Source: Malacoraja senta (Eukaryota). Taken from it: 64,000 nt of DNA. The notes beneath the pieces are model-generated. The model searched no databases. It had not been told where the DNA came from and saw nothing but the letters and a program-made list of their open reading frames with translations. Position 1 is the first letter of the stretch. The number at the start of each line of letters is the position of its first letter. Location: the NCBI GenBank assembly GCA_038087875.1, contig CM075990.1, forward strand, positions 7,256,001-7,320,000. The letters run 5' to 3'. The position numbers and the translations under genes were made by a program. Positions 36,669-50,500 of the stretch are shown one piece after another.

Positions 36669-39600
36669 CTTTTTAAAGTATGTTTTAGTATAGAAAGTCA
36701 GAACTTCTTTTCCCAGGATGGAACTATCAAATACTAGAGGACATTACATTAAGGTGAAAGGGACAATATTGAAAGGAGATATGTGAGGTGAGTTGTTTTA
36801 TACAGAGGGTGGAAGGTGCCACAAACACATTGCTAGGGGCGATGGTGGAGGCAGATATAATAGTGGTGCTTAAGAGGCTTTTAGATAGGCACATAGATAT
36901 GATAAGAGCTTGTAGAGGAAAGAACTGCAGATGCTGGACTGGTTTACCACCAATACCTATTACCTACTAGATAGACACAAAATGCTGGAGTAACTCAGTG
37001 GGACAGGCAGCATCTCCGGAGAGAAGGAATGGGTGATGTTTCGGGTTGAGACCCTTCTTCAGTCTCTGATAAGAGCTGTCTTGGCACAATTACCGCACTG
37101 ACATTGTGCCTGCACCTGTACTGTTCTGTGTTCGATGTTGTTTGGCTGGTTAGAAATGGTAAAGGATATGAATTCAAATCAATGGGAGTGAATGATAATG
37201 GGTGGATGTAGTCATTGAATACCAAAGGTAATTATCACTCAACAATTGTGACGTAATTTATTTGTGTAGATAGCAGGCAATAGATGTGTAAGAAGGAACT
37301 GCAGATGCTGGTTTAAACCGAAGATACTGTTGGCACAAAAAGCTGGAGTAACTCGGCTGGACAGGCAGCATCTCTGGAGAGAAGGAATGGGTAACGTTTG
37401 AGGCTGAGAGTTTGAAGAAATGTCACCCATTCCTTCTCTCCAGACATGCTGCTTGTCCCGCTGAGTTACTCCAGGTTTTTGTGCCTATCTAGCAGGTAAT
37501 AGATATTGGTGGTATGTAGAGAATTATCATTGATGATGGTGAATGGTAATCAACATCGAGTTAATCAATGAATTATTAATTGTACAGAAATGGATTTGAA
37601 TAATAATGAATGAAAACGTGATAATGGATCTATGTGCTTGATCGAGGACCTGCTATGTGTTCTGTCCAGGAATTTAGTTTCCTCATAGTTTGAAACTGTA
37701 AAAGATGTCTGTCAGAATGGCAGGCTAACCAGGCTGGTGAACTATTAATTCCCCACATTAATGGACAAATGAGGAATTGTAGATGTTGGAATCTTGAGCA
37801 AGAAAAAGAAAAAAAGTGCTGGAGGAACCCCATGGGTCAGGCAACAACTGCGGAGGGGATGGACAGATGACGTCTCGGGCCGAGACCCTTCCCCACACTG
37901 CTTGGAGTAGGGTGCGAAAGTTGGTAAAGAGGGGTGGGGGTGGGGCAAAGCCTGGAACGTGATTGATGGATACAGGTGAGGGGGGTAATTGTCAGGTGGA
38001 TGGGCACAGGTCAAGTGTGGAGATCCAACTCAACTAATAATCCAAATCCTTCTTCCCAAAATGGATGAGTTTGTCAGCCCATCCAGAAGGAAATAACCTG
38101 GATTCTACTACAGTCTTAACTAAAGAATGGGGTCATGTCCAGGGCTGACCCAGAACAGAGAGAATATGCGTAATTTACAGAAAACCCGAGAGAGAAGTTC
38201 TCTTCCGTGCTTTCTTTTTAAAGGGGGAAAATAAGTTTTCCCACACTGCAAAGGTTAAACAATTCTCTTTGGCTTTGTGAACAACATGACATTGGGGCTG
38301 AGCAAACCACACACTTATACGCTGAGGTATTGTTTCAATAACACAAAAGTCATAGGGCTTGTCACATAAATCGTCGTTATGCAGAGGAGAGGGTTAAAGA
38401 GATGAAACTAGAAATAATAACAACCTACGCTCATGGGGGATTCCCAGGTTTACAGAGAAGAAAAGAGGCGACTAAAATTGACAGGGATAGTAATTCACTG
38501 GTCACTTTTCAGTGCCACTCCTGTGGGATTTTTTTTATTAATGAGAAGACCCGGAGAATTACAAATACAAGTTCGCAGCCAACTGTTACAAACAGCAACA
38601 TTGCTTCTTCTTCCCTTGTACATTACCCTGATCACCAACACTCGCAGAATTAAACTCTTTTATAAGACTTTATTATTAATGTTTCACTCTCTCTGCAGTT
38701 AACTGCCAGAAGTCCCGCTGAACTGCCCAAATAACTTAATTGAATGCTTCAAATGCCTCATCATGAGGGAGAGATTCTTAGCTCCAACTAATTAGTTACC
38801 ATATTCTATTATCAATTTCTATTAGCTTTCTGCAGCGACTACTGGTTTACAGAGCCTTTACTCCCCACGCGTTAATTAAAAAACATACCAATCCAGGGTT
38901 CCCTCGGTCGCTGCTTCCACATTCTGTCTGCTGCTGTGGAGACTTCTCGGCATTTTCTTGCATCTGCTGCTCTGCTTCACTAGTTACAGGCAGAAGAATG
39001 TAGCAAGAAACCACATCCTCATGTATCATTCCCCTCGACAAAAGCAAGGCAGCGAGACGAAACTGGAGGGATGTGAGATCGTAAGACCTGCAGAGAGTCC
39101 ATATATTTAAGCTCAGCAAGTCACTCCACCACTTAAGAATGACTATTGATTTTCATTATGGGTCAGTTCCAGCATTTTCATCTCCCTTCTCCCTTTTAAA
39201 TTCTGCTCTCCTTCTCTGAGATTTTCTATCTACTTAATTTGGCTGATGGTAGGTGTAGCTCTGGGCATGGCACCAATCTTTGATTAAGGCTGTAGTGGAC
39301 CTCTTAGTTATTCTTCTCTGATGCCAAACTCATTACTTTGGGAAAGAGGGATTAGGAATGTGAGTTGAGGTGGCTTTCCAAGTATCACCCATGGATTATT
39401 GGTTAAACAGTCTTGTACCTGTTTAGCCCAGTCCTCTGCCCACCCCCCTTTGTCATTACATTCAGGACAACTGGACCACTCATTTATAACAGTATCGTTG
39501 CAGCACCTAATGTCTGGTTTACTTTGATGCTGGATACATAAACGTAGAATTATACAGCCCAGGAAGGGGCCCTTCAGCCCACAATGTCCATGTCAAACAT

Positions 39601-40241
39601 GATACCGTTAAACCAATCTCCTCAGTCTGAACTTGTTCCATATTCCTCCGTAACCCTCCATTCCCTGCATATCCATGCACCTTACCAAAAGCCACTTCAA
39701 TGCCACTATCTTATCTGTGTCCACCACCACCAACCCTGGCAGTGCATTCATGGCACCCACCACTCTTGAACCACCACGTATCTCCTTTAAGCTTTGCCCC
39801 CCTCTCACCTTAAAGCTATGCCCTCTTGTGTTTGATATTCCTCTCCTAGGGAAAATGTTCTGACCATCGACCCTATCTATGCCTCTCATAATTCTATATA
39901 CCTCTGTCACGTTTCCCCCCAGCCTCTAACATTTGAAAGAAAACAATCCAAGTCTGCCCAACCTCTCTCTTGCAGCTAATCCCCTCAAAACCAGGCAGCA
40001 TTCTGGTAGACCGGTTCTTCAGCCTCCACGTCCTTCACGTCCTTCCTGTAAGGGGGCGACCAGAATTGCACAAAATACTCCAAATGCGGCCTAACCAACA
40101 TGACTTCCTGACTCGTTTACTTACAGCTAACAATGGCCTGTTTCCTTTATCATCGTTGCTCTTTTGCATATCTTTTATTCATTGTTCTTTACCTCTCCAC
40201 ATCATCGTCTATATCTCTTGTTTCCATTATACCTAACCAGT

Positions 40242-40269
40242 CTGAGGAAGGGTCTTGACCCGAAACGTC
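40242..40269 (+). ncRNA. Intact minimal hammerhead motif in a PLE terminal repeat
   Basis: CTGAGGA-A-GGGTC-TT-GACCC-GAAA-CG-TC. Confidence 0.65.
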
Positions 40270-41149
40270 ACCCATTCCTTCTCTTCAGAGATGCTGCCTG
40301 TCCCGCTGAGTTACTCCAGCTTTTTGTGTCGATCTTTTACTTATCGCCCCAGCGAATGAATGCATGTCTACATGTGTTGCCACTTTTAGGAAGTGATGGG
40401 CTTGGACCCCAAGACTTGGTCTCTTTTACTTCAGTGACCTCTACACCGTCAACTCCCACCAGCTGCACACTGCAGTAATCCCCCTGGTCATCAAACACAC
40501 TGAAGAGTATGATTTTTATTTTTTGATTACATGGTACATGGGCTAGTGACATTATTCTGCTGCAAACATCTCCTCGTGGATTACATTTCTGTTTCCCGCA
40601 GGCATTGTTTGTTGCTTGGCAAACAAACACCTCCCACAAAGCCTGAGTGTGTGAAATGTGCCAAGCTATTTTACTTATCTGGAGATCATCTTTTCCACAT
40701 AATTTGGCTCTCAGGGCAGGATTCCCATTTAAAAAGGCTTATAAATGAAAAAAAAAGGGAAATGCATGCTGCTAATATCTAATGGAATGAACAGTAGTTC
40801 TGATGGGCACTTTTAAGCTGTGTTTCCTTTCCAGGGTAACGCGCACAGAAGCTTTTCTGCACCTGTTCTCATGCCACAACAGGCTTCTGGCAGCTTCCTG
40901 ACTGGAACAGAGCACAGTATTCCAAATGTGGCCTGACCAATGTGTAGGAAGGAACTGCAGATGCTGGTTTAAACTGAAGATAGACACAAAAAGGTGGAGT
41001 AACTCAGCGGGACAGGCAGCTTGTCTGGAGCGAAGGAATGGGTAACGTTTCAGGTCGAGACCCTTCTTCAGGCCAATGTCTTGCACACTTGTAGCACATC
41101 ATCCCAACACTTGTACTTGAGCACAGAAGCACTGAGGTCATCTGACAAT

Positions 41150-41552
41150 CCTCTCTCTCTCTCTCTGTCTCTCTCTGTCTCTCTCTGTGTCTCTGTCTGC
41201 CTCTCTCTGTCTCTCTCTGTCTCTCTCTGTCTCTCTCTGCCTCTCTCTGTCTCTCTCTCTGTGTCTCTGTATCTCTCTCTCTGTCTCTCTCTCTGTCTCT
41301 CTCTCTGTCTCTGTGTCTCTGTCTCTGTGTCTCTGTCTCTCTCTGTGTCTCTCTCTCTGTCTGTCTCTGTCTGTCTCTCTCTGTCTCTGTGTCTCTGTGT
41401 CTCTGTGTCTCTGTATCTCTCTCTCTGTGTCTCTCTGTCTCTCTGTCTGTCTCTGTGTCTCTGTCTCTCTCTGTATCTCTCTCTCTGTGTCTCTCTCTCT
41501 GTGTCTCTCTCTCTGTCTCTGTCTGTCTCTCTCTGTGTGTATCCCTCTCTCT
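41150..41552. repeat. (CT)n/(CTGT)n compound microsatellite
   Basis: Direct inspection. Confidence 0.97.
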
Positions 41553-41914
41553 TTCTTTTGAAAAGCATAAAATATCTCACAAACGGAAGTTCCGTCCCTC
41601 AGGCCACAATGATCACTTCTGGTCCAAGTGAGGAAATGAAGTGTCTCCTGCTTTCAGTTTCAATAGGCACGCTGATGTGATGCACTCCACGGGTTGTAAT
41701 TCATGGTCACCTTTGTAGCTTGGATCATCGGTGGAGGAAGTGGCTATAATGTCCATGGTCACTGTGGAATTGGCTCCTGCAGGGACCGATCTATTACAAC
41801 AACGGGATGAAACTTGGTTTGCATCCGATGTAGGGAATGTAAATCTTACAGTCGAGATCCTTCGTTTCTTCTCCCCCATAGACAACGGATACCACTCAAC
41901 AGAATACAAATGAA

Positions 41915-43380
41915 AGAGTCATAGAGAGTGCAGCATAGAAATGAGCTCTTCAGCCCAACTCATCCATGTCACCGCCAACGCTATTCATATCCAAGAACCA
42001 GTTCATAAGCCTTTCAAAAGTTGTAAATATCTATTACTTCCCTTAGATGTTATTCCATATAACCATGTTATTCCATTATATTCCATATAACAATGTTAAA
42101 GAAAACTGCCCCTTAGATCTTTTTAAATTCCACCGTCTATCACTTCTAGTTTTAGACTGCTGGTGTGTCAGAGAAAGATTCTGATTATCTCACAGACCAA
42201 TGCCCACATAATGTTATAAAACACAAGGTGACCCGTCAGCTTCATGTTCCAGTGAGAATAATCCCAGCCCATCCAATCTCTCCTTATAGGCAAAGTCCTT
42301 CATTCTGGGCAACATCCTAGTAAATCCCTTCTGCACCCTTTCTTCTGCTACACGTCCTTCCTGCAGTGTTCTGACTAGAACAGTGCACGCCATTCCAAGT
42401 TCATCCTGACCAATGCCTTGCACAGCTCCAAAACATCAACCCAACTCTCGTTCTCAAGGCCTTGCTTATTAAGGCACATTTGCTGAATGCCTTCTTCGCC
42501 ATCCTATCCACTTCTGTCACCATTTTCAAAAGGTCTATGAACTTGCAGCCCACGAGTCCCTCTGTACGACAATGCTCCTGAAGTATCTGGCATTTACTGC
42601 ACAACTCCTTTTGCATTTGACCTTGCAAAATGTGTTAGGTCACACTTGCGTGGTTTAAACTCTATCCGCCATTGCTCCACCCAACTTTCCAAGTGATCTA
42701 ATTCCTTCCCTATACTTTCATATCTTTCTTCATTATCTACTACTAAATCAATGTTTGCATGATCAGCAAACTTACTGATCAGTTCACCTACATTCTCATT
42801 TATATCTTTAGAATATCTAAACAATGATGGTCCAAGCACGGATACTGGCAATACGCCACTGTTCACAGATCCAGTCAGATATATGCCCCTTGACCACTAC
42901 CATCTGTGTCCTCTCATCAAGCCAATTTTGGTTCCCAGTTTGCCAACACACCCAAATGACCTAACCTTCTGGACCAGCCTACCATTTGGAACTTTGTCAA
43001 AAGCCTTGCTGAAATCCATGTGAATCACATCCATTGCCTTACCTTTTCTCAGCTGGTGTAGAATCATCAGTGCTGGGAGATAGGGTTTTCCTCACTGTAA
43101 AGCCATGTTGACGTCTCCTAATCTGTTCTTGAGTTTCTGAGTGAATGGAAATGCTTTTCTCTACCAATTTGCCTACCACTGACGAAAGACTCACCAGTCT
43201 GTAATTTCTCGACATCCCTACTAGCTTTTCGAATATTAGTTGCCCACCAGTACCTCACCTACAGCTAATGAGGATGCAAAATTTCACTTCTCCTCCCTAG
43301 CTACCCATTGCAACCGAGGATAGATTAGGCCTGAGGGATTTATCCACCTAAATATGTCAATATCTCAAACATTTTCTTTG
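41915..43380 (-). mobile_element. Old degraded CR1
   Basis: SGVLPVSVLGP, ISKFAD and ERVQKGFTRMLP remnants. Confidence 0.75.
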
Positions 43381-43415
43381 CCCTTACACAATTGCTCCAG
43401 TATATCAATGCACTC

Positions 43416-43713
43416 GGCACGGTGGCGCAGCGATAGAGCTATTGCCTTCCAGCACCAGGGACCCGGGTTCGATCCTGACTACGGATGCTGTCTGCTTGAC
43501 CTGCGGGGTTTTCTCCGAGATCTTCGGTTTCCTCCCACATTCCACAGACGTAGAGGTTTGTAGGTTAATTGCCTTGGTATTAATGTATAAATGTAAAAAA
43601 ATGTCCCTAGTGTGTGTCGGGTAGTGTTAATGTACAGGGATCGCTGGTCGGTGCGGACTCGATGAACAGAAAGGCCTGTTTTCGCACTGTATCTGTAAAC
43701 TAAACTAAACTAA
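43416..43713 (+). mobile_element. tRNA-derived SINE
   Basis: GGCACGGTGGCGCAGCG head, GTTCGATCC B box, (TAAAC)n tail. Confidence 0.85.
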
Positions 43714-45780
43714 ATACTCATCTCCCAACTCTCCAATCTCCACATCCTTGTTCCTGGTAAATATTGACAAAAACTATTAATTTAGGATCCCACGAATATC
43801 CCTCTTGCACCACCCATAGCCTACCTTTATGATCCCTGAGGGGACCTACTCTTTCTCAAGCTACCCTTTGGTTTCTAACATAAACGGTTTTGATATTCCC
43901 CAAATCCTGCTTGTTAACGCCATTTCATATTTCTTTTTTGTCCTGATTATTTTCTTATATTCTCTCTGACATCATCTATAAACTTCAAAGGACTCACTCA
44001 AAACCAAACTTAAAACCCAACATATACCTCCTACTTATAATCTGATTAAAACTTCTTTATAAACCAGCGTTCCCCAATTTTATGAGGTACAAGGAACTGC
44101 AGGCGCTGGTTTACAACAGTTTGAAGTCCTGACCTGGACTGTCACCTTATCCATCTTCTCCGGAGATGCTGCCTGAGTTACGCCTCTGAGTTACTCTGGC
44201 ACTTTGTATTTTTTTTTCCTTAATATTATCTTCTTTGCTTCTTACCCTTTCAGGTTCATGATGATCTAAGCACTTCCTACCTCTCCTTTGATTCCTCTGG
44301 CTGATCCAGTTTCCTCTAACATACCAAAGACGGGCGGGTTGGTAGATTAATTGAACTCTGTAAGTTGCCGACCCTTGTGTGTCAGGAATGAATGACAAAG
44401 ATAACATAGAACTAGTGTGAACATAGTGTGAATAGATGATGAGCCTGGACTCCTGGATTGAAAGTCCTGTTGGCCAGCTGTAGCTCTGAACTAAAACTAA
44501 ACTGTAAGCACCCCAGTGTAGGGAGATACTAGTTTATACTGAATGTTGACAAAAAATGCTGGAGTAACTCAACGTGTCGGACAGCATCTCTGGAGAAAAA
44601 GAATAGGTAACGTCTTGGGTCGGAACACTTCTTCAATGCGATGAAGGGTTTTGACCCGAAACGTCACCTAATCTTTACTTTACTTGAAGTTAATTAAAGC
44701 ACCCTTTACTTATGATATTGATTTCCCCTCTAGCAGCTGCGCGTCATCTATTTTAGCCAACTCCTTATACTGTTGAAATCAGCAATTAATTCTTGGCATA
44801 AAGAGATTGGATCAAGTAATGATCTCATAGGGAAGATTGTCTTTGTAGCAGGAATCATAATATGATGGAATTTTACATTCAGTTTGAGGGAGAGAGGAAT
44901 GAGTCCAATAACAGTATTTTATACAAATTAGGGCAATTATGATATGAAAACAGAGCTAGCTAAATATGAATTGACAGATTTGGTTAAGGATTAGTCAACC
45001 GAGGCAGCCATTAAAGAATACAAAGTAGATACAACTCAACAGGAAAGAAAGTTCCAAGGAAAGCCTCTTCACCAAGATGTAGGACAGAACACCACAGGAG
45101 ATCCTTCTTCCCTGTGGCTATCAAACTGTACAACTCCTTCCCCTTCTGTTGTGGGGTAGACTGGGACTGACTCCCACCCCCCTCCCCCCCAATCTTTGCA
45201 CATTCCCCCACGCCTTTCCACTAGTCACATTAATTTCATGTCTCATTTATTTTGTACTTTGTGTTTTGTGTATTTTTACGACTGTTGGCAGATCAATTTC
45301 CCTCCTGGGATCAAAAAAGTTCTATCGTATCGTAACTGAAAAAGTTAACGATAATATCAAACTTAAAATAAATGAAAAACATGCTGGTGCAAAAGTGTCA
45401 AACTGACATTTGAACAGAAGTTGAAAAACGAAGAATAGCTAAAAGATTAATAGGAGTGGACATGTTATGGTTGAGATAAAGCTAAAAACAGCAAGCAAGT
45501 GATTTAAGATATTCAGAATATAATGTTGTAAAGGAAAATCATATTTGACCCAATCCAGTGGAGATCTTAAAGAAGAAAGAAATACTATGGTTAAAGATTA
45601 TTGTGGAAAATATAGTGCTGTGCGAGATACATTGGCAGTGAAAGATGATGAAATGTCGAACAGGAATGAGAGGAGGTAAATCTGTATTTTTATTTGTTGG
45701 CAAAATGTAATGAGTGTTGGTGAAGGCCACATTTTTATATATAACTTGAGTGAAGATAGTTGTCAATGTATATTGTTCAA

Positions 45781-46460
45781 TTACATAGATACATAGATAC
45801 ATAGAAAATAGGTGCAGGAGTAGGCCATTCGGCCCTTCGAGCCTGCACCGCCATTCAATATGATCATGGCTGATCATCCAACTCAGTATCCCGTACCTGC
45901 CTTCTCTCCATACCCCCTGATCCCTTTAGCCACAAGGGCCACATCTAACTCCCTCTTAAATATAGCCAATGAACTGGCGTCAACTACCCTCTGTGGCAGA
46001 GAGTTCCAGAGATTCACCACTCTCTGTGTGAAAATGTTTTTTCTCATCTCGGTCTTAAAGGATTTCCCCCTTATCCTTAAGCTGTGACCCCTTGTCCTGG
46101 ACTTCCCCAACATCGGGAACAATCTTCCTGCATCTAGCCTGTCCAACCCCATAAGAATTTTGTACGTTTCTATAAGATCCCCTCTCAATCTCCTAAATTC
46201 TAGCGAGTATAAGCCAAGTCTATCCAGTCTTTCTTCATATGAAAGTCCTGACATCCCAGGAATCAGTCTGGTGAACCTTCTCTGCACTCCCTCTATGGCT
46301 ATAATGTCCTTCCTCAGATTTGGAGACCAAAACTGTACGCAATACTCCAGGTGTGGTCTCACCAAGACCCTGTACAACTGCAGTAGAACCTCCCTGCTCC
46401 TATACTCAAATCCTCTTGCTATGAAGGCCAACATACCATTCGCTTTCTTCACTGCCTGCC
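45781..46460 (-). mobile_element. CR1 3' fragment, nearly identical to the 3' part of 2884-4316
   Basis: ORF 45883-46452 differs from the 2931-4214 C-terminus at only a few residues. Same tail. Confidence 0.95.
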
Positions 46461-46929
46461 ATTGTTAAACAAAGGCAAGGGGGAAAGTAAGGGTCCCGAC
46501 CCGAAACACCACCTATCCATGTTCTCCAGATATGCTGTCTGACACTCTGAGTTACTCCAGTACATTGTGCCCTCTTGATTTAGGGTGAAAATAAGTTATG
46601 AACTAACCAGGAAGCTACGGAGCGATATACAGAGGTTAAATAAGTGGGCAAACATATGACTTTAATGTATTATAGTCCTGGAAGGTAGACAAAAAATACT
46701 GGAGAAACTCAGCGGTTGAGGCAGCATCTATGGGGTAAAGGAGTAGGTGAAGTTTCGGGTCAAGACACTTCTTCAGACTGATCTTGGAAGGGTGTTCTAA
46801 TGCATGATATGCAGGAGGCTGGCATTCAGATACAACAAGTAATTGAGAAAGCCAGTTTAATAATTTTGCTAAAAGAAGGAACTGCAGATTCTGGTTTATA
46901 CCAAAGGCAGACAGAAAGAGCTAGAGTAA

Positions 46930-47532
46930 AGGGGCTGTCCCACTTGGGTCCCACTTGGGCGACCTAATTGGCGAGCTTAGAAGAGTTTGAAAAAATGACA
47001 TGTTGAAGACCTCCTTCGACTATGTAGACCTCCTTCGACCTCCTTCGACCTCCTTCGACTATGTTGAAGACCAGCTTTGACTAGCTTCGACTAGCTACGA
47101 CTAGCTACGACTAACTTCGGGAAAATTGGGCACCGAATAGTGGAAAGTGAAGACGACCTCCTTAGACCCCCCTTTGACCTCCCTTCGACCTCCCTTCGAC
47201 TATGATGAAGACTATCTACGACTACCTTTGATTACCTTTGACTACCCTCGATTACCTACGGCTAACATGCCGACCTACTACGACCTACTAGGACTAAACT
47301 TACGAGTAAAAAAAGTATTGATTTTTTCCACGGCAACCTTTTTTTACTCGCGAGCATTTTTTAACATGTTGAAAAAAACGCCGCGACCTAGCTGAGGCCT
47401 CGAGTACGTGGAGACCACTCTCGAGCATGAAGGAGAGTTACGAAGACCTCCTACGACCTCCTGTCGACCATGCTGCGAGTATGAGTCGAGGGCAAACTCA
47501 CTAGAACTCGCGGATTAGGTCGCCCAAGTGGG
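46930..47532. mobile_element. PIF/Harbinger-type MITE, right end truncated
   Basis: TAA then AGGGGCTGTCCCACTTGGG...CGACCTAAT. Right end ATTAGGTCGCCCAAGTGGG. Internal CCTCCTTCGA and TAGCTACGAC repeats. Confidence 0.7.
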
Positions 47533-50500
47533 GCATTTGCTTATTGCGAGGGAAATTAAATACAAAAGTAATGAGACTGTGCTTGCTTTATGTAGGTCCA
47601 TGGTAAGACTACACCTGGAACACTATGTGTAGTGTCGGTCTCCTTATTTAAGGAGGTACGGAGGCAGTTCAGAGAAGCTTTCCTAAATTGCTAACTGAAA
47701 TGGGAGGGTTGTCGATGAAGTAAGGTTGGGCAGATCTGTTGGAGTTTCAACAAGCGGAAGAGACTGAACCGAAACAGAAACAGCTCAGGTGTGGAGAACA
47801 CAGTTCTATTTGTGGGAGAAACTACAACCCGGGGACATGTCTAAAAATAACATGCCATCCATTAAAAACACATGTGAAATTCTTTCTCTTAGTCATAGAG
47901 GTAAACAAAACGGAAATGGGCCTTTGGCCCAACTCACCTGTGCTGACCAAGTTGCTTAATTGAGCTCATACTACTTGCCAGCACCTGGCTCATATCCCCC
48001 AACTCTTTGCTATGCATATATCTGTATCCCAAGTATCTGTTAAATGTTGTAATTGTACCTGCCCCTATCATTTCACAGGGGAGCTCATTCCATATACCCA
48101 TCACTCTGTTGGGCCACAGATACTTTTTACATCTTTCCACTCTCACCTTAAACCTGTGCCCTCTAGATTTTGATCTCCCTGTCCTTGGGATAGACTGTGA
48201 CTATTCACCTTATCTATGCCCCTCATAATGTTATATACTTGATGTTCATCCCTCAGCCTCCTTCCCTTCAGGGAAAAAGACTGATTTGTCCATCCTTCCC
48301 TTATAACTTAAACCCTCCAGACCTGATATTATCCTCTTAAATCTTCATGCACTCTTCCCACTCTCTCTTTCCAGAGATTCCACAGTCTTTAGGGATCTCC
48401 TCCAACGCAAACAGAGAGAGAGCGATTCTCCATAAGCAAGATGCTTGAGGTTTGCTGCGGGTAGATAATGCAGAGTTGAGGTTACAATCAGATCGGCCAT
48501 CTTCTTGAAGAGCAGACTTGAGGGCCCAAGTGCTCTTCTCCTGCTCCTAATTCACCAGTGTGTACAATCCACCTTATATTGGCTGTCTCTTGTCATTAAA
48601 ATAAAAATCATCTGTCCAAAGTAGGCAGAAACCCATGATTCTGTGGATTCCTTTACCGCTGTTCTCTGGATACCAAAACATCAGATACATTCAAGATCAT
48701 CAAGGGTTGATGAGGAACTAGCAGGATAAATTTGATGTCAAGATGAGATCAGCCATGATTTTATTGAGGCTCCAAATGGTCATCTCTTGTTCCTGCTGTC
48801 CTTCTTTCATCTATGTAACGTTATGTAAGATCCTTCTTCGAGCAGTGATGAAGCAAATACAAGTCCATATCTTGACTAAACATGTTTCTCAGCATTGCAG
48901 ACTTGTCTAACCGCCTGAGTCTGAATTAATCTTTGTGGCCTGCAATTCTAGTTCTCATCTTAACACTGGGAGCTCTAACTTTAGTGGGAATCAACCCCAA
49001 GATACGTCAAACTGTGTGGGTAAAAAAAGCCTCTAGCCTTTATATGACTGGACTATTGCATAACTTAGTGTAAAGTCTAGTGATCTAAACTGGTTAAATA
49101 ATCCATTAATAATCCATAAATAATCCATTTCAGCTGGTGACACTTTAGTACGTTCTACCCAACTTCCCAAGTCTGCTTTAGAAGATGTGTCCAAAACATG
49201 CTCATGATTGCAGCCAATGCTTATGAGAAGCCCTTGAGAACTTTGCAGCCCCTGGCCGGGTCTCCCACGCACAAGTTAAATGTATTCAATGTCAATTAAC
49301 TACAGTGTCTCAGTTCTGGAGAAGAGGAAGTGAAGCAGACTGACGATTAATCATTTCCAAACCATGGTCAGATCACTTCCTCAGAAGTAAAGCTTTAAGC
49401 AGATTTATAGTCAGTGTTAGAGTCAATGAGTTGTCGAGAGTGGAAACAGGCCCTTCTGCTCAACTGGCCCATGCCGACCAACCTGCCCCATCTACACCAG
49501 CCCCACCTGGCTGCACTTAGCCCAAATCCCTCTAGACTTGTCCTATCCATGTACCTGTTCAAATGTTGGTTTTTTAAAACATTCTGATGGTAGTTTGTGG
49601 AATTCGCAGGAAACCTTTCTCTGGGTGTTTGGTCAGAGTGAGTGGGTCAGCTGACAGCAATGTGCTCTGTGGTCAGTTTTGTCAACCACAACATTCGCAG
49701 GGGGAATCCAAGAGAGTGTGTGTGAAGCAAGGGGGAAAAGCAGAAACACCACCCCACAATGACCAGATAAGGTTTGCATGCAGACATCTGTGACATAACA
49801 ATAAGCTGTGGTCTTGTCCCAACATAACTCGGTGAAGTTAAGTTCCTCCTGTTGCTGATGAGTCCAAAAGTGTTGAGTCTCTGGGATGAAGGTAACGTAT
49901 ACACACTGCTCAAATACACCGAGGTTTGAAGAGAAAGCCAGGACTGGAATCATCAATTTAACAAAAAATGAATCTGTAACCTCAAGAAAACTTTATTACA
50001 CATTTATGAATTTAATAAATAAGCAGAGCAGCAAGTAGAATATTTCTTCCTCCAATGTTTTTCCTTTTGCAGATGCAGATGTGTTGAAGGTCATCACAGT
50101 GTTACATATTTGATCTCCACAGGGACCAGTGTTTCTATTCTGCCTTTGCCTTTGTATACACCCAGTAATCATCCTCAGTCTTGCCTCCTTCTTGCGATGC
50201 AGCTACATTGAAACTTAAGCCTGGAGTTCATGGATCCTTGCTGGGGCCTATCACTGCATCATCAACTTTGGTGGGGTCAAGCAAAGAGCGTTCACGTCGC
50301 GGCCCTGTTTCCACCAACCTTTCCACCACCACGCACAAGAAGCACAAGAAGTGACAAGACAGACACCATTGTATGCAGATGCAGAGAGGCGTGTTATATT
50401 CTGCTCTGGCTGAACAACTTCTAATCTTGTGTGTCGACTCGATAAGAAGAAGATCAACTTAGGTGCTCCATTCTCTCTGTATCTTGGGCCAGATAGAAAT

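Noticed and set aside
41021..41680. Ser/Leu and Arg/Glu-rich ORFs
   Set aside because: Translation of the (CT)n repeat.
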